Part shown: in pieces, positions 37,495-47,919 of the stretch
Layout: each line of letters begins with the position of its first letter
How positions within the stretch are numbered: position 1 is the first letter of the stretch
Source: an uncultured delta proteobacterium
Lineage (GTDB): Bacteria > Myxococcota > Myxococcia > Myxococcales > Myxococcaceae
NCBI GenBank assembly: GCA_963776345.1
Contig: CAVZMH010000006.1
Coordinates: forward strand, 1-64,000
Direction: 5' to 3'
DNA: 64,000 nt
Position numbers and translations under genes: made by a program
The notes under the pieces: generated by a model
Told to the model about the DNA's origin: nothing
The model's database searches: none
The model's input: the letters and a program-made list of their open reading frames with translations, nothing else

Positions 37495-38168
37495 GCCGGG
37501 GTCCGCGGGGGGCGCTCCCCGAAGATGGCCGTCCCCACCCGGACCACGGTGGCCCCCTCCTCGATGGCCACCTCGAAGTCGTGGGTGCTCCCCATCGACA
37601 GGCCGGCGAGCCCGTGCTCCCCGGCGAGGACTGCGAGGGCGCGGAAGAGTGGACGCACCTCCTCCGGGGGGGCGAGCGGGGGCATGGTCATGAGCCCGAC
37701 CACCTCCAGGCCCGGGAGCGGTCGCACCGCCTGGAGGAGTGGCCCGAGAGCGCCGGGCCCGACCCCGCTCTTGGAGGCCTCGCCGGCCACGTTCACCTCC
37801 ACGTAGACCAGGAGCGGCGACCCGGTGCGGCGCCGCGACAGCTCCTGGGCCACCTCCCGGCGATCGAGCGCGTGGAAGACGTGCGCCGAGCGGGCCACGT
37901 AGCGGGCCTTGTTGGTCTGCAGGGGGCCGATGGCGTGCCACCGGATCCCTGGCAGGTCCGAGAGCGCCGCCGCCTTGTCCCGGAGCTCCTGGGCGTAGTT
38001 CTCGCCGAAGGCGCGCGCCCCGGCGGCGTAGGCGGCGCGGATGGCCTCGGGCGGCTGGAGCTTGCTCACCGCCACCACCTCGACCGAGCGATCCGGACGG
38101 CCGGCGCGCGCCGCCGCGGCCCGGACCCGGTCGAGCACCGCCCTCCAGCTGGCCGCCACGTCGGTCAT
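37491..38168 (-). CDS. yggS: PLP homeostasis protein YggS/PipY
   Basis: [52 protein letters not shown]. Confidence 0.95.
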   Translation of the reverse strand: MTDVAASWRAVLDRVRAAAARAGRPDRSVEVVAVSKLQPPEAIRAAYAAGARAFGENYAQELRDKAAALSDLPGIRWHAIGPLQTNKARYVARSAHVFHALDRREVAQELSRRRTGSPLLVYVEVNVAGEASKSGVGPGALGPLLQAVRPLPGLEVVGLMTMPPLAPPEEVRPLFRALAVLAGEHGLAGLSMGSTHDFEVAIEEGATVVRVGTAIFGERPPRTPA

Positions 38169-38740
38169 CGCCGCTCCCACGGCAGGGTGTACCCGGCCTC
38201 GCGGAGGAGCGCGAGCGTCTCCACCAGCGGCAGCCCGACCACCGCGCTGTGGGAGCCCTCGATGCGCTCCACCAGGAAGCCGCCGACGCCCTGCACGGCG
38301 TAGGCCCCGGCCTTGTCCATCGGCTCCCCGGTCGAGACGTACCAGCGCAGCGCGGAGTCCGTCGCCTGGGCGAACGTGACGGAGGCGGTCACCAGACGCT
38401 CGCCGGCGCCCGCCACCGCGACCGCGGTCAGGACCTCATGGCTTCGGCCGGCCAGGGCGCGGAGCATCGCCAGCGCCTCGTCGGCGGTTCCGGGCTTGCC
38501 CAGCACCGCGCCGTCCAGGACCACGCTGGTGTCCGCGGCGAGGACCGTGGCGGCCGGGTGACGCACGCGCACCGCCTCGGCCTTGTCGCGGGCGAGCCGC
38601 AGCACGTAGGCCGCGGCCGGCTCACCTGGCCGGACGGCCTCGTCCAGGTGGGCCGGGTCGACGCGGAGTGGAATCCCGAGCTGCTCGAGCAGCGCCCGGC
38701 GCCGCGGGCTTGCCGAGGCGAGGACCAGTGAGGGAGGCAT
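38165..38740 (-). CDS. maf: Maf family nucleoside triphosphate pyrophosphatase
   Basis: [32 protein letters not shown]. Confidence 0.95.
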   Translation of the reverse strand: MPPSLVLASASPRRRALLEQLGIPLRVDPAHLDEAVRPGEPAAAYVLRLARDKAEAVRVRHPAATVLAADTSVVLDGAVLGKPGTADEALAMLRALAGRSHEVLTAVAVAGAGERLVTASVTFAQATDSALRWYVSTGEPMDKAGAYAVQGVGGFLVERIEGSHSAVVGLPLVETLALLREAGYTLPWERR

Positions 38741-38808
38741 GATCGACCCACCCTCTAGCCAAACGGCGGTTGACCTGCCACGGCGGCCCTGCCCATCGTG
38801 CCTACACC

Positions 38809-39855
38809 ATGAGGGCCACCGACCTGCTCACAGCGCTGCGCCGAACGGTGGAGCAGCTCGCCGCCTTCAACGAGCTGGCCAAGGCCCTGACCTCCACGCT
38901 CGAGTCCCGCGAGGTGCTGGGGCTGGTGATGCAGAAGGTCTCCGCGCTCCTCCGCCCGGCCAACTGGTCGCTGCTCCTGCACGACGAGACCACCGACAGC
39001 CTCTACTTCGAGATCGCCGTCGGGGCGGGGTCCGACCGGCTCCGGAACGAGCGCATCGCGGTGGGGGAGGGCATCGCCGGCACCGCGTTCCGCACCGGGA
39101 AGCCGCGCCTGGTGGACGACGTGCGGAGCGCCCCGGACTTCTCACCCCGCTTCGACGCCGTGACCGACTTCCGGACCGGCTCGGTGCTCGCCGTCCCCCT
39201 GATGTTCCGCGGCCGGGCGCTGGGGATCATCGAGCTGGTGAACGGAGAGGGCGATCCGCGCTTCGGCGAGGAGGACCTGGCGGCGGTGATGGCCATCGCC
39301 GACTTCGCCGCCATCGCCATCCAGAACGCCCGCGACTTCCAGCGGGTCCAGGAGCTCACCCTGGTGGACGAGCACACCGGCCTGGGCAATGTCCGCTCGC
39401 TCCGGAAGCAGCTCGACGCCGAGGTGACCCGCGCCCGGAGCCTCGGGCACCCGCTCACGCTCCTCTTCCTCGACCTGGACCACTTCAAGACGGTGAACGA
39501 CACCCACGGGCACCTGGTGGGGAGCGCGCTGCTGCGCGAGGTGGGCGGCCTCTTGCGAGAGGAGCTCCGGCCGGTGGACGCGGCATTCCGCTACGGCGGG
39601 GACGAGTTCGCGGTGATGCTGGTCGAGGTCGATGCGCGCAGCGCGGTCGGCACCGCGGAGCGAATCCTCGGCCGGTTCCGCGCCCACCGCTTCGGCCGCG
39701 CCTCGGGCCTGGACCTCCGGGTGACCGCGAGCGTGGGCATCGCGGCCTGCCCCGACCACGCGGCGCACGCCACCGAGCTCATCGAGGCCGCCGACCGGGC
39801 GATGTACCTGGTCAAGGCGCGCGGGCGGGACGGGCTCGCCGTCGCCGCCAGCTAG
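38809..39855 (+). CDS. gacB: GAF-GGDEF dinucleotide cyclase of Hypr type (probable 3',3'-cGAMP synthase)
   Basis: GAF domain; [18 protein letters not shown] (Ser at the canonical Asp position); RxxD I-site RPVD; YGGDEF. Confidence 0.8.
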   Translation: MRATDLLTALRRTVEQLAAFNELAKALTSTLESREVLGLVMQKVSALLRPANWSLLLHDETTDSLYFEIAVGAGSDRLRNERIAVGEGIAGTAFRTGKPRLVDDVRSAPDFSPRFDAVTDFRTGSVLAVPLMFRGRALGIIELVNGEGDPRFGEEDLAAVMAIADFAAIAIQNARDFQRVQELTLVDEHTGLGNVRSLRKQLDAEVTRARSLGHPLTLLFLDLDHFKTVNDTHGHLVGSALLREVGGLLREELRPVDAAFRYGGDEFAVMLVEVDARSAVGTAERILGRFRAHRFGRASGLDLRVTASVGIAACPDHAAHATELIEAADRAMYLVKARGRDGLAVAAS

Positions 39856-39870
39856 GCTCTCGCAGCCTTC

Positions 39871-41439
39871 TCAGCCCTCGGCGGCGGGGGCGATGAGCTC
39901 CTCGTTCTTGACGATGCTCGCCGACTTCTTGAGCGCCGCCACGTACGATTCCTGGAGCTCCCCCTGGCGCTGGCGGAGCGCTTCCTCGCGGAGCGCGACC
40001 TTCTTCGCCAGCCAGGCGGCGTCGTCCGCCTTCTCCCGGGCGGTCACCTCGGCCACCACCAAGGCGTCCCCGGCCCGGTAGGTGCCGGGGAGCAGGCCCG
40101 GCCTCTCCGCGGCGAAGGCGGCGGCCTGCAGCTCCGGCGCCGGCCCGAGGCGGGGGATGGACGAGGCGCTCCGGGGGAAGCTCCCGGTGTCCACCGCGCG
40201 GGGCTTCTCGCCGGCCTCGACCGACTGGGCGTCGGCGTCCTTCTTGTCCGGGAACTGGGTCGCCAGCGAGGCGCCCTTCTGCAGCGCGGCGGCGGCCTTC
40301 TTCGCGTCGGCCTCGGCGAGCACCGCGGCGCGCTGGCGCTTCACCAGGATCTCGGCGATCTCGTTCGAGACCGAGGCCAGCGGCTTCTCCTCCGCGGGCT
40401 TCTTCTCCTCGACCTGGACGAGGTGCCAGCCGAAGGGCGTCAGCACCGGCTCGGACAGCTCGCCCACCTTGAGGTTGAACGCAGCCTGGGCGAACGCCGG
40501 GACGAAGGTGCTCCGCTCGTTCCAGCCCAGCTCACCGCCCTTCGCCTTGCTCCCCGGGTCGTCCGAGGACTCCCTGGCCACCTCGGCGAAGTCCTTCCCG
40601 CCCTGGATCTCCTTGCGGAGCGCGAGCGCCTTGTCGTTCGCGGCGGTCTTGTCCGCGTCCGAGGGGTTGCGGTCCATCCGGACGAGGATGTGGCGCACCC
40701 GGACCTGCTCGCCCTTGGAGTAGGTGTGCTTGTTGGCCTGATAGTAGGCGGCGATCTCCGGACCGTGCGTCTTCTCCCAGGCCGACACCTCGGCCGGGGT
40801 GGGCTGCTTGATCTTCCCGGCGTAGGCCGCGGGGTCGAAGCGGACCACCGAGAGGCTCACCGTGTCGCCCTCGCGCTGGAACCGGGCCCGGACCTCGTCC
40901 TCGGAGACCTCGACGGTGTCGGACACCAGCGCCAGGAGCCGCCCGGCCGCGAGCCGCCTCCGCAGCCCGGACTCGTAGTCGGGCGGGGTCTTGCGGAGGT
41001 AGGTCTGGAGCACCTGGGTGTAGGTCTCCGGGTCGAACTGGCCGTCCTTCTGGAAGCTCGGGTCCTTGCGGAGGTAGTCGAGCAGGTCGGTGTCCGACAC
41101 GGTGATGCCGTGCGCCTCGGCGGCCTGCTGGAGCAGCTCGGCGGTGATGAGCTCGTCCAGCACCCGGCCCGGGATGCCGAACTGGCGGGCCAGGGCCTCC
41201 GGGAGGTCCCCTCCGCCACTGCGCTGCCGGAGCGCGTCGAGCCGGAGGGCGTAGGCCCGGCGGAAGTCGGCGAGGGAGATCTCCTGCCCGTTCACCCGGG
41301 CCGCCGCGTCCTTCACCGAGGGAGCGAGCGGCGCGTTGCAGCCGCGGCTCCCCGGTCCGAACTGGAGGACGAAGACCAGGGCGATGGCCAAGATGAAGAG
41401 GTAGGAGAAGAAGCGGCGGGCGTCGAATCCGGAGCTCAT
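39871..41439 (-). CDS. PpiD/SurA-like membrane-anchored parvulin PPIase chaperone
   Basis: N-terminal TM, SurA-N-like region, VRHILV, FAEVARESSDD, GGELGW, LSEPVLTPFGWHLV. Confidence 0.9.
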   Translation of the reverse strand: MSSGFDARRFFSYLFILAIALVFVLQFGPGSRGCNAPLAPSVKDAAARVNGQEISLADFRRAYALRLDALRQRSGGGDLPEALARQFGIPGRVLDELITAELLQQAAEAHGITVSDTDLLDYLRKDPSFQKDGQFDPETYTQVLQTYLRKTPPDYESGLRRRLAAGRLLALVSDTVEVSEDEVRARFQREGDTVSLSVVRFDPAAYAGKIKQPTPAEVSAWEKTHGPEIAAYYQANKHTYSKGEQVRVRHILVRMDRNPSDADKTAANDKALALRKEIQGGKDFAEVARESSDDPGSKAKGGELGWNERSTFVPAFAQAAFNLKVGELSEPVLTPFGWHLVQVEEKKPAEEKPLASVSNEIAEILVKRQRAAVLAEADAKKAAAALQKGASLATQFPDKKDADAQSVEAGEKPRAVDTGSFPRSASSIPRLGPAPELQAAAFAAERPGLLPGTYRAGDALVVAEVTAREKADDAAWLAKKVALREEALRQRQGELQESYVAALKKSASIVKNEELIAPAAEG

Positions 41440-41571
41440 CGGCGTGTCTTGGGGAGGCTCGCCCGGGGCGGCAAGCGGCCAGCCGGCCCCGGGAAGCGTC
41501 CTTGACCCTCTAGGGGACGGACTGTGAAAATACAAGCGCTTCTGCAGCAATGAGAAGGACCCCCCGACCCA

Positions 41572-42435
41572 GTGCTGTCCTTCGTCCGGCGTCACCGTGA
41601 GCCACTGCTGGTGTGCATCATCCTCGCGCACGCGCTGGGGATGTTCCTCGGCTCGAGCCGCCGGGTGCGCGAGCCCAACCTCGTCGACCGGGTGGCGCTG
41701 GCGGTGACCGCGCCGGTGCAGCGGGCCGCGGTGGCCGCCGTCGACGGGGCGGTGAATGCGTGGCAGCAGTACGTCTCGCTCCGCAGCGTGCGCCGGGAGA
41801 CCGCGCAGCTCCTGGAGGAGAACGCCAAGCTCCGCGCCGACGTGGTGGGGCTCGCCGAGGCCCGCGCGGAGAACGAGCGGCTGCGGCGGCTGGTCCACTA
41901 CGACGAGACCAGCCCCGGACCCAAGGTCGTGGCCCGGGTGCTGGGCATCAACCCCGATCCGAACCGGCTCACCCTGCGCATCGATCGCGGCGAGGGCGAC
42001 GGCGTGCGGCGCGGGCAGGCGGTGGTGACGGCGGACGGCGTGGTGGGGCAGGTGCTGCGGGCGACCGCCAGCGCCGCGGACGTGCTGGTGGTCTTCGACT
42101 CCAACTCCCGGCTGGGCGGCCGGATCCAGCGCACCCGCGCCCGGGTGGGCATCTCCGGCGCGGGAGACGACCAGCCGCTGAAGCTCGAGTACCTCCTGCG
42201 CACCGAGGACCTGGAGGAGGGCGACCTGGTCGTCACCTCGGGCACCGACGGCGTCTACCCGCCGGGCCTGGTGGTCGGCCGGGTGACCTCCGTGCAGCGG
42301 CAGACCAGCGGGATGTTCCTCAACGCGGGCATCCTCCCGGCGGTGAACTTCACCAAGGCGGAGGAGGTGGTGGTGCTCGCGCCGCAGCCCGCCGCGTCGT
42401 TCCCCACTCGCACCGGGAGCGAGGGCCGCCGATGA
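41572..42435 (+). CDS. mreC: Rod shape-determining protein MreC
   Basis: TM plus coiled coil ENERLRRL, IDRGEGDGV, VTSGTDGVYPPGLVVG. Confidence 0.95.
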   Translation: MLSFVRRHREPLLVCIILAHALGMFLGSSRRVREPNLVDRVALAVTAPVQRAAVAAVDGAVNAWQQYVSLRSVRRETAQLLEENAKLRADVVGLAEARAENERLRRLVHYDETSPGPKVVARVLGINPDPNRLTLRIDRGEGDGVRRGQAVVTADGVVGQVLRATASAADVLVVFDSNSRLGGRIQRTRARVGISGAGDDQPLKLEYLLRTEDLEEGDLVVTSGTDGVYPPGLVVGRVTSVQRQTSGMFLNAGILPAVNFTKAEEVVVLAPQPAASFPTRTGSEGRR

Positions 42436-42947
42436 ATGCGTTCGTCCGGCTGGCCGTGACGCTGCTGCTGACGCTGCTCTTCCTCGCCCTGGAGTCGGTG
42501 GCGGTGAAGTACGTGGGCCTGGGCGTCTCGCGGATCGACGTGACGGTGGCCATCGTCGCCTTCCTCTCGCTCCGCGCGGGGCTGCTCGAGGGGGCGCTCG
42601 CCTCGTACGCGGTGGGGTACCTCCTGGACCTCATGAGCGGCCGCCCCACCGGGCTCTACACGCTGCTGGCGGTCATCACCTTTCTGCTCGGCCGCATCGC
42701 CGCCTCGCTGGTGGACGTGCGGACCGGCCGCTCCTTCGCGCTCTTCGCCATGGCCGCGGATGCCACGCACGGCCTGCTGGCCTGGGGCATCAGCGGGGTG
42801 AGCAGCAAGCAGATGGCCCTCTCGGGACTCTCGGGGCTGCCGCTGGAGGTCCTGCTCACCGGCGTCGCGGCCCTGTTCCTCCACCCGCTGCTCAAGCGCT
42901 TCGGCCTCGGCGCCGAGAGGCGTGACCCGGGGCTGCTGCCCTCATGA
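42432..42947 (+). CDS. mreD: Rod shape-determining protein MreD
   Basis: Hydrophobic 171-aa ORF between mreC and mrdA with ATGA overlaps on both sides. Confidence 0.8.
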   Translation: MNAFVRLAVTLLLTLLFLALESVAVKYVGLGVSRIDVTVAIVAFLSLRAGLLEGALASYAVGYLLDLMSGRPTGLYTLLAVITFLLGRIAASLVDVRTGRSFALFAMAADATHGLLAWGISGVSSKQMALSGLSGLPLEVLLTGVAALFLHPLLKRFGLGAERRDPGLLPS

Positions 42948-44980
42948 CGCTCGGCCAGAACAGCGCGGGCAAGGACCTCAAGGCGCGCTACCTGTGGCTC
43001 GGCCTGGTGATGGTGGGCGGGCTCCTGCTGCTCGCCGGCCGGCTGTACCGGCTGCAGATCGCCCGCGGCGACGAGTACGCGGCCAAGTCGGTCGCCAACT
43101 TCGTCAAGGAGATCCGGGTCAAGGCCGACCGGGGCATCATCAAGGACCGGCGGGGGGAGATCCTGGTCGACAGCCGGCCCTCGTTCGACGTCTTCATCAC
43201 CCCCGCGTTCTGCGAGCGCTGCTCCGAGGAGGTGCTCCCGCGGCTCGCCGGCATGCTCTCCTGGGACGAGGAGCAAGGGAAGCACGTGGAGCAGCTGCTC
43301 CGGGTGGCGAGGCGCAGCGCGCCCTTCCAGCCGGTCCCGGTGCAGCTGGACCTGAACCGCGACGAGCTGGACACGCTCAACGCCCACAAGCTCGAGCTGC
43401 CGGGCGTGGACTGGCCGGCGGTCCCGCACCGCAACTACCGGACCGGCACCGTGCTGCCCCACGTGGTGGGGTACATGAACGAGATCACCCAGGACGAGCT
43501 GGAGCGGCTCAACTCGGAAGGGGAGGGCTACGCCCTCGGCGACTTCATCGGCCGGCGCGGGGTGGAGCGCTTCTTCGAGCGCCGCCTCCGGGGCAAGGAC
43601 GGGAGCCGCAAGGAGGTGGTCAACGCCCGGGGCGAGACCATCCAGGAGCTGAACGACCTCATCACCGGCGAGGCCACCGTGGCCAGCGCGCCCGGCGACA
43701 ACGTGGTGCTCAGCATCGACATGCGGCTGCAGGCCGCGGCGGAGAAGGCCTTCCTTGGCACCGCCGGCGCGGTGGTGGCGATGGACGTCCGCTCCGGCTT
43801 CATCCTGGCCATGGTCTCGCGGCCGGGCTTCGACCCGAACGTGCTCACCGGCCGGGTGACGCCGGCGCAGCTCGCGGCGATGAACAAGGACCCGCTGCAG
43901 CCGATGATCTTCCGCCCGGCGCAGCAGCACTACAGCCCCGGCTCGACCTTCAAGCCGGTGAGCATGCTCGCTGCGCTGGAGAGCAAGAGCTTCTCGCCCC
44001 ACAGCACGGTGAGCTGCGGCGGCGGCTACCGGCTCGGGGCGCGGCTCTGGCGCTGTCACAAGGACTCGGGCCACGGCCTGGTGGACGCCCGGCGCGCGCT
44101 GCAGTGGTCGTGCGACACCTGGTTCTACAGGGTGGCGGACACGCTGGGCCTGGACCCCATCGCCGCGATGGGCCGGAGCTTCGGCCTCGGCGCGCCCACC
44201 GGCGTGGGCGTGGTGGCCGAGGTGCCGGGCATCATGCCGGACAGCGCGTACCACGACCGGGTCACGCCGGGCGGGTACACCAAGGGGTTGGCGCTGAACA
44301 GCGTCATCGGACAGGGCGACGTGAACGTGACGCCGCTGCAGCTCACCATGGCCTACGCCACGGTGGCCAACGGCGGACACCTCTACCGGCCGCAGCTGGT
44401 GCGCCGGCTGGAGACGTCGGACGGGCGGACTCTCCAGGAATACCAGCCGGAGGTCGTCCGCGAGCTCGACCTCGACCCGGACGCTCAGCGCCTCGTGGTG
44501 GACGCGCTCACCGCGGTGGTCAACGAGCCGGGCGGCACCGCCTACCGGTCGCGGCTTCCGGAGGTGAGGATCGCCGGGAAGACGGGCACCGCGCAGGTGG
44601 TCGCGGTCGGCAAGACGCGCCTCAAGAAGGAGGCGATGACCTTCTGGCAGCGCGACCACGCCTGGTTCGCCTCGTTCGCCCCGGCGGAGGATCCGGAGAT
44701 CGCGGTGGTGGTGCTCAACGAGCACGGCGGCCATGGCGGCAACGAGGCGGCGCCCGCCGCCGCGGCGGTGATCAAGAAGTACTTCGAGCTCAAGCGCGAG
44801 GACGCCAGCGCCACCATCGCCGCCTCGACCGGGCTCCCGGTCATGCCGGTGCGCCCGGCGCCTCCGCCCCCGGCGCCGCGGTCGGCTCCGCCCCCGCTCC
44901 TGGAGGAGCTGCCTCCGGGCCCGGCGGCCGCGCCGTCGGTGGCCCAGGTGCCGGTGAACCCCTCGGGGGGGACACGCTGA
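42944..44980 (+). CDS. mrdA: Penicillin-binding protein 2 (class B), Pro-rich C-terminal tail
   Basis: RGIIKDR, PGSTFKP (SxxK), SCD (SxD), GKTGTAQV, DHAWF. Confidence 0.95.
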   Translation: MTLGQNSAGKDLKARYLWLGLVMVGGLLLLAGRLYRLQIARGDEYAAKSVANFVKEIRVKADRGIIKDRRGEILVDSRPSFDVFITPAFCERCSEEVLPRLAGMLSWDEEQGKHVEQLLRVARRSAPFQPVPVQLDLNRDELDTLNAHKLELPGVDWPAVPHRNYRTGTVLPHVVGYMNEITQDELERLNSEGEGYALGDFIGRRGVERFFERRLRGKDGSRKEVVNARGETIQELNDLITGEATVASAPGDNVVLSIDMRLQAAAEKAFLGTAGAVVAMDVRSGFILAMVSRPGFDPNVLTGRVTPAQLAAMNKDPLQPMIFRPAQQHYSPGSTFKPVSMLAALESKSFSPHSTVSCGGGYRLGARLWRCHKDSGHGLVDARRALQWSCDTWFYRVADTLGLDPIAAMGRSFGLGAPTGVGVVAEVPGIMPDSAYHDRVTPGGYTKGLALNSVIGQGDVNVTPLQLTMAYATVANGGHLYRPQLVRRLETSDGRTLQEYQPEVVRELDLDPDAQRLVVDALTAVVNEPGGTAYRSRLPEVRIAGKTGTAQVVAVGKTRLKKEAMTFWQRDHAWFASFAPAEDPEIAVVVLNEHGGHGGNEAAPAAAAVIKKYFELKREDASATIAASTGLPVMPVRPAPPPPAPRSAPPPLLEELPPGPAAAPSVAQVPVNPSGGTR

Positions 44981-46125
44981 TGCTGCTGCGCATCGAGCGC
45001 CGGATGGTGCTGAAGATCCCCTGGGGGCTGGTGGCGGTGACGGTGGCCATCGCGCTCCTCGGGATCTGGAACCTGGCCTCGGCGTCGCGGCCGCCGCACA
45101 CCCCCCTCTGGGCGCGGCAGCTCCTGAACCTCGGGGTGGGGGTGGCTGCCGGGATCGGCGTCTGCCTGATCGACTACCGCTTCATCCAGCGAATGGCCTG
45201 GCCGATCTACGGGGCGAACGCCGCGGCGCTGATGGCGCTCAAGATCGTGGGCCACCGGGCGAAGGGCGAGGCGAGCTGGTTCGCCCTCGGCCCGCTGAGG
45301 ATCGAGCCAGCGGAGTTCATGAAGCTCGCGCTGATCATCGCGCTTGCCCGCTTCTTCCACGACGACTACCGGGAGGGCGAGGAGCCCTACGGCCCGGTGC
45401 GGCTGTGGAAGCCGCTGCTGCTCGCCCTCTTCGCCGCGGGGCTGGTGCTGCCGGACCTCGGCAACACGATGATGCTCCTCCTCACCGCCTGCACCATCCT
45501 GGTGTTCTCGCGGCTGCGGCTGTGGGTGATCGGCGTGGGGATGGCCGCTCTGCTCGCGGTCTCGCTGGTCATCTGGAACGACTACGTGCGCGACCCGGCC
45601 GACGGGCACCGGACGGTCATCCGGCAGGTGCTGAAGCGGCACCAGAGCCAGCGCATCGCGGGGTGGCTCTCGCCCGAGTCGGACCTCCGGGGCTCCGGCT
45701 ACCACGCCGCGCAGTCGAAGATCGCCGTGGGCTCGGGCGGGCTTCTGGGGAAGGGCTGGCGGCAGGGGACGCAGACCGGGCTCTTCTTCCTCCCCGAGCA
45801 GCACACCGATTTCATCTTCTCGGTCTGGGCGGAGGAGCACGGCTTCCTCGCCTCGCTGCTCCTGCTGGGGCTGTACGGGCTGATCTTCGCCTTCGCCCTG
45901 GGGGTGGCGATGCAGGCCCGGGACCGCTTCGGGGCGTTCGTGGCGGTGGGCGTGGCGGCGATGATCTTCTGGCAGGTGTTCGAGAACATCGGGATGGTGG
46001 TGGGCCTGCTCCCGGTGACCGGGATCACCCTGCCGCTGATGAGCTACGGCGGCTCGTCGATGCTCAGCGTGCTCCTGTCGCTGGGGCTCCTGGCGAGCAT
46101 CGCCATGCGACGGCACATGTTCTGA
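44980..46125 (+). CDS. rodA: SEDS family protein RodA
   Basis: IEPAEFMK, PDLG, QSKIAVGSGG, LPEQHTDFIF, GITLPLMSYGGSS. Confidence 0.95.
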   Translation: MLLRIERRMVLKIPWGLVAVTVAIALLGIWNLASASRPPHTPLWARQLLNLGVGVAAGIGVCLIDYRFIQRMAWPIYGANAAALMALKIVGHRAKGEASWFALGPLRIEPAEFMKLALIIALARFFHDDYREGEEPYGPVRLWKPLLLALFAAGLVLPDLGNTMMLLLTACTILVFSRLRLWVIGVGMAALLAVSLVIWNDYVRDPADGHRTVIRQVLKRHQSQRIAGWLSPESDLRGSGYHAAQSKIAVGSGGLLGKGWRQGTQTGLFFLPEQHTDFIFSVWAEEHGFLASLLLLGLYGLIFAFALGVAMQARDRFGAFVAVGVAAMIFWQVFENIGMVVGLLPVTGITLPLMSYGGSSMLSVLLSLGLLASIAMRRHMF

Positions 46126-46246
46126 GGCGCCGGGCTGGCGCATCTTGCGGTGGCTGCAGCGCCGGTCACCTTGGCAGACTGTGCTGGCGCGGGACCGCGC
46201 GACTCGAGCACCCTGGTCAGTCCATCGCTTCACCGGAGGTTTCGCC

Positions 46247-47392
46247 TTGAGGGCCGAGCCGATCGCCGTCGCGCCGATTCCCGTCGCGGTCCCCGCCGAG
46301 TCGGGCCGGCAGCTTCCCTTCGACTGGCTCCGGGGGCTGGTGATGGTGCTGATGACCATCGACCACGCCTCGGGCGAGTTCAACGCCGGACGGCTCTTCA
46401 CCGACGCCACCTTCCTCTACCGTCCGGGCACGGCCCTCCCGCTGGACCAGTTCCTGACCCGGTGGATCACCCACCTCTGCGCGCCGACCTTCGTGTTCCT
46501 GGCGGGCTACGTGATGCAACTGAGTGTGCGGAGGCGGGTCGAGCAGGGTGAGTCGCAGGGCAGCATCACCCGGTTCATCGTCACCCGGGGGCTGATCATC
46601 GCCGCGCTGGACCCGCTGTGGATGAGGCTGATCTTCCGTCCGCCCGGCGGGGGCATCGTGCTTCAGGTCCTGTACGCCATCGGGATGAGCTTCGTGGTGA
46701 TGGCGTTCCTGCGCCGGATCCCCGCGCTCACCATCGGCGTCCTCGGGCTGGTGCTGGCGTTCGCCTCCGAGCCGCTCCGGGCGCTGGTGCCGGCGACGGG
46801 CCCGGTCCACGTGGTGGCCACCTTCCTCCTGGGGGCAGGGCCGGTCGGCCCGTTCCTGGTGGGCTACCCGCTGATCCCCTGGCTGGCGATCATGATGATG
46901 GGGTGGGGCGCGGCCGAGCTCGCGCGCTCGGCGCCGTCGCGCCTTCCGGGGCGGGCGGCGCTCGCCGGGCTCGTGGCCCTGGCGCTGTTCTTCCTCGTCC
47001 GGGGGCTGAACGGGTGGGGGAACATGGGGCTCTTCCGCGAGGACGGCTCGCTGGTGCAGTGGCTGCACGTCTCCAAGTACCCGCCCTCGGTCGCGTACGA
47101 CGGCCTCGAGCTGGGCATCGGCTGGCTGCTCCTGGCGCTGTTCCTGCTGTGGCGGCCACCGGCCTGGGCGGACGCGGTGCTGCGGCCGCTGGGGCAGAGC
47201 GCGTTCTTCTTCTACCTCCTGCACGCCCACCTGCTCGGCGCGGCGTCGGTCGTGCTCGGGATGCACGGCCGCGCGGGGCTGGTGGCGACGTACGTCTCGA
47301 CCGCGGTGGTCATCGCGGTGCTCGTGCCGGCCTGCAACGCGTACCGGCGCTACAAGCTGGCGCACCCGAAGAGCATCGCCCAGTACATCTGA
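46247..47392 (+). CDS. DUF1624/heparan-alpha-glucosaminide N-acetyltransferase-like membrane protein
   Basis: DWLRGLVMVLMTIDH, RWITHLCAPTFVFLAG, KYPPS, FFYLLH; RBS ggagg before TTG 46247. Confidence 0.8.
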   Translation: MRAEPIAVAPIPVAVPAESGRQLPFDWLRGLVMVLMTIDHASGEFNAGRLFTDATFLYRPGTALPLDQFLTRWITHLCAPTFVFLAGYVMQLSVRRRVEQGESQGSITRFIVTRGLIIAALDPLWMRLIFRPPGGGIVLQVLYAIGMSFVVMAFLRRIPALTIGVLGLVLAFASEPLRALVPATGPVHVVATFLLGAGPVGPFLVGYPLIPWLAIMMMGWGAAELARSAPSRLPGRAALAGLVALALFFLVRGLNGWGNMGLFREDGSLVQWLHVSKYPPSVAYDGLELGIGWLLLALFLLWRPPAWADAVLRPLGQSAFFFYLLHAHLLGAASVVLGMHGRAGLVATYVSTAVVIAVLVPACNAYRRYKLAHPKSIAQYI

Positions 47393-47455
47393 TCCGACGC
47401 CCTCGGGGCCAGAAGCCGGCCCTCGTCAACTTGGGGATCTTCGTCGTCGCGATCA

Positions 47456-47866
47456 TCACGCCCGGCGCTCGATCGCCCGGTCGAGGCCGAGGATGACTAG
47501 GTTCTGCCGCGTGAGCTCGAAGACCCGAGGGTCGAGCTCGAACGCCAGGCCCTCCGACGCCGGCACGTGCCTCAGGGTCCAGGACAGGGTGTTGCACGAG
47601 CCGGCGAAGGGGTCGATGGCCAGGTGCCGCGCCATCGGTGAGAGCCGCTGCACCCTCGCCGCAAGATCCCGCCCGATGAGGTCGGCCAGCCCGTCCCGGG
47701 TGCACTCCACGGCCGTCCGGCCGAGCAGCCGGACCCCCCGGCAGTACCACTCCCGGGGCGGCAGTCCGTAGAGTGACACGTAGTCTGCATCGCCGAAGGA
47801 ATCCCGCCCGTACTGCTCCACCTCGGCCAGCGTCAGCACCTGGTTGCGCTTGGCGCCATGGAGCAC
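47456..47866 (-). pseudogene. Truncated class I SAM-methyltransferase-like gene remnant
   Basis: Frame reads ...IDPFAGSCNTL...GLAFELDP...TRQNL, then stops about 50 codons after motif I; no convincing start or RBS. Confidence 0.55.
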
Positions 47867-47919
47867 GGCCCGCCAACCAACCGGATACGTCGCGAGGAGC
47901 GTACGCCGGAATCCCGGCT

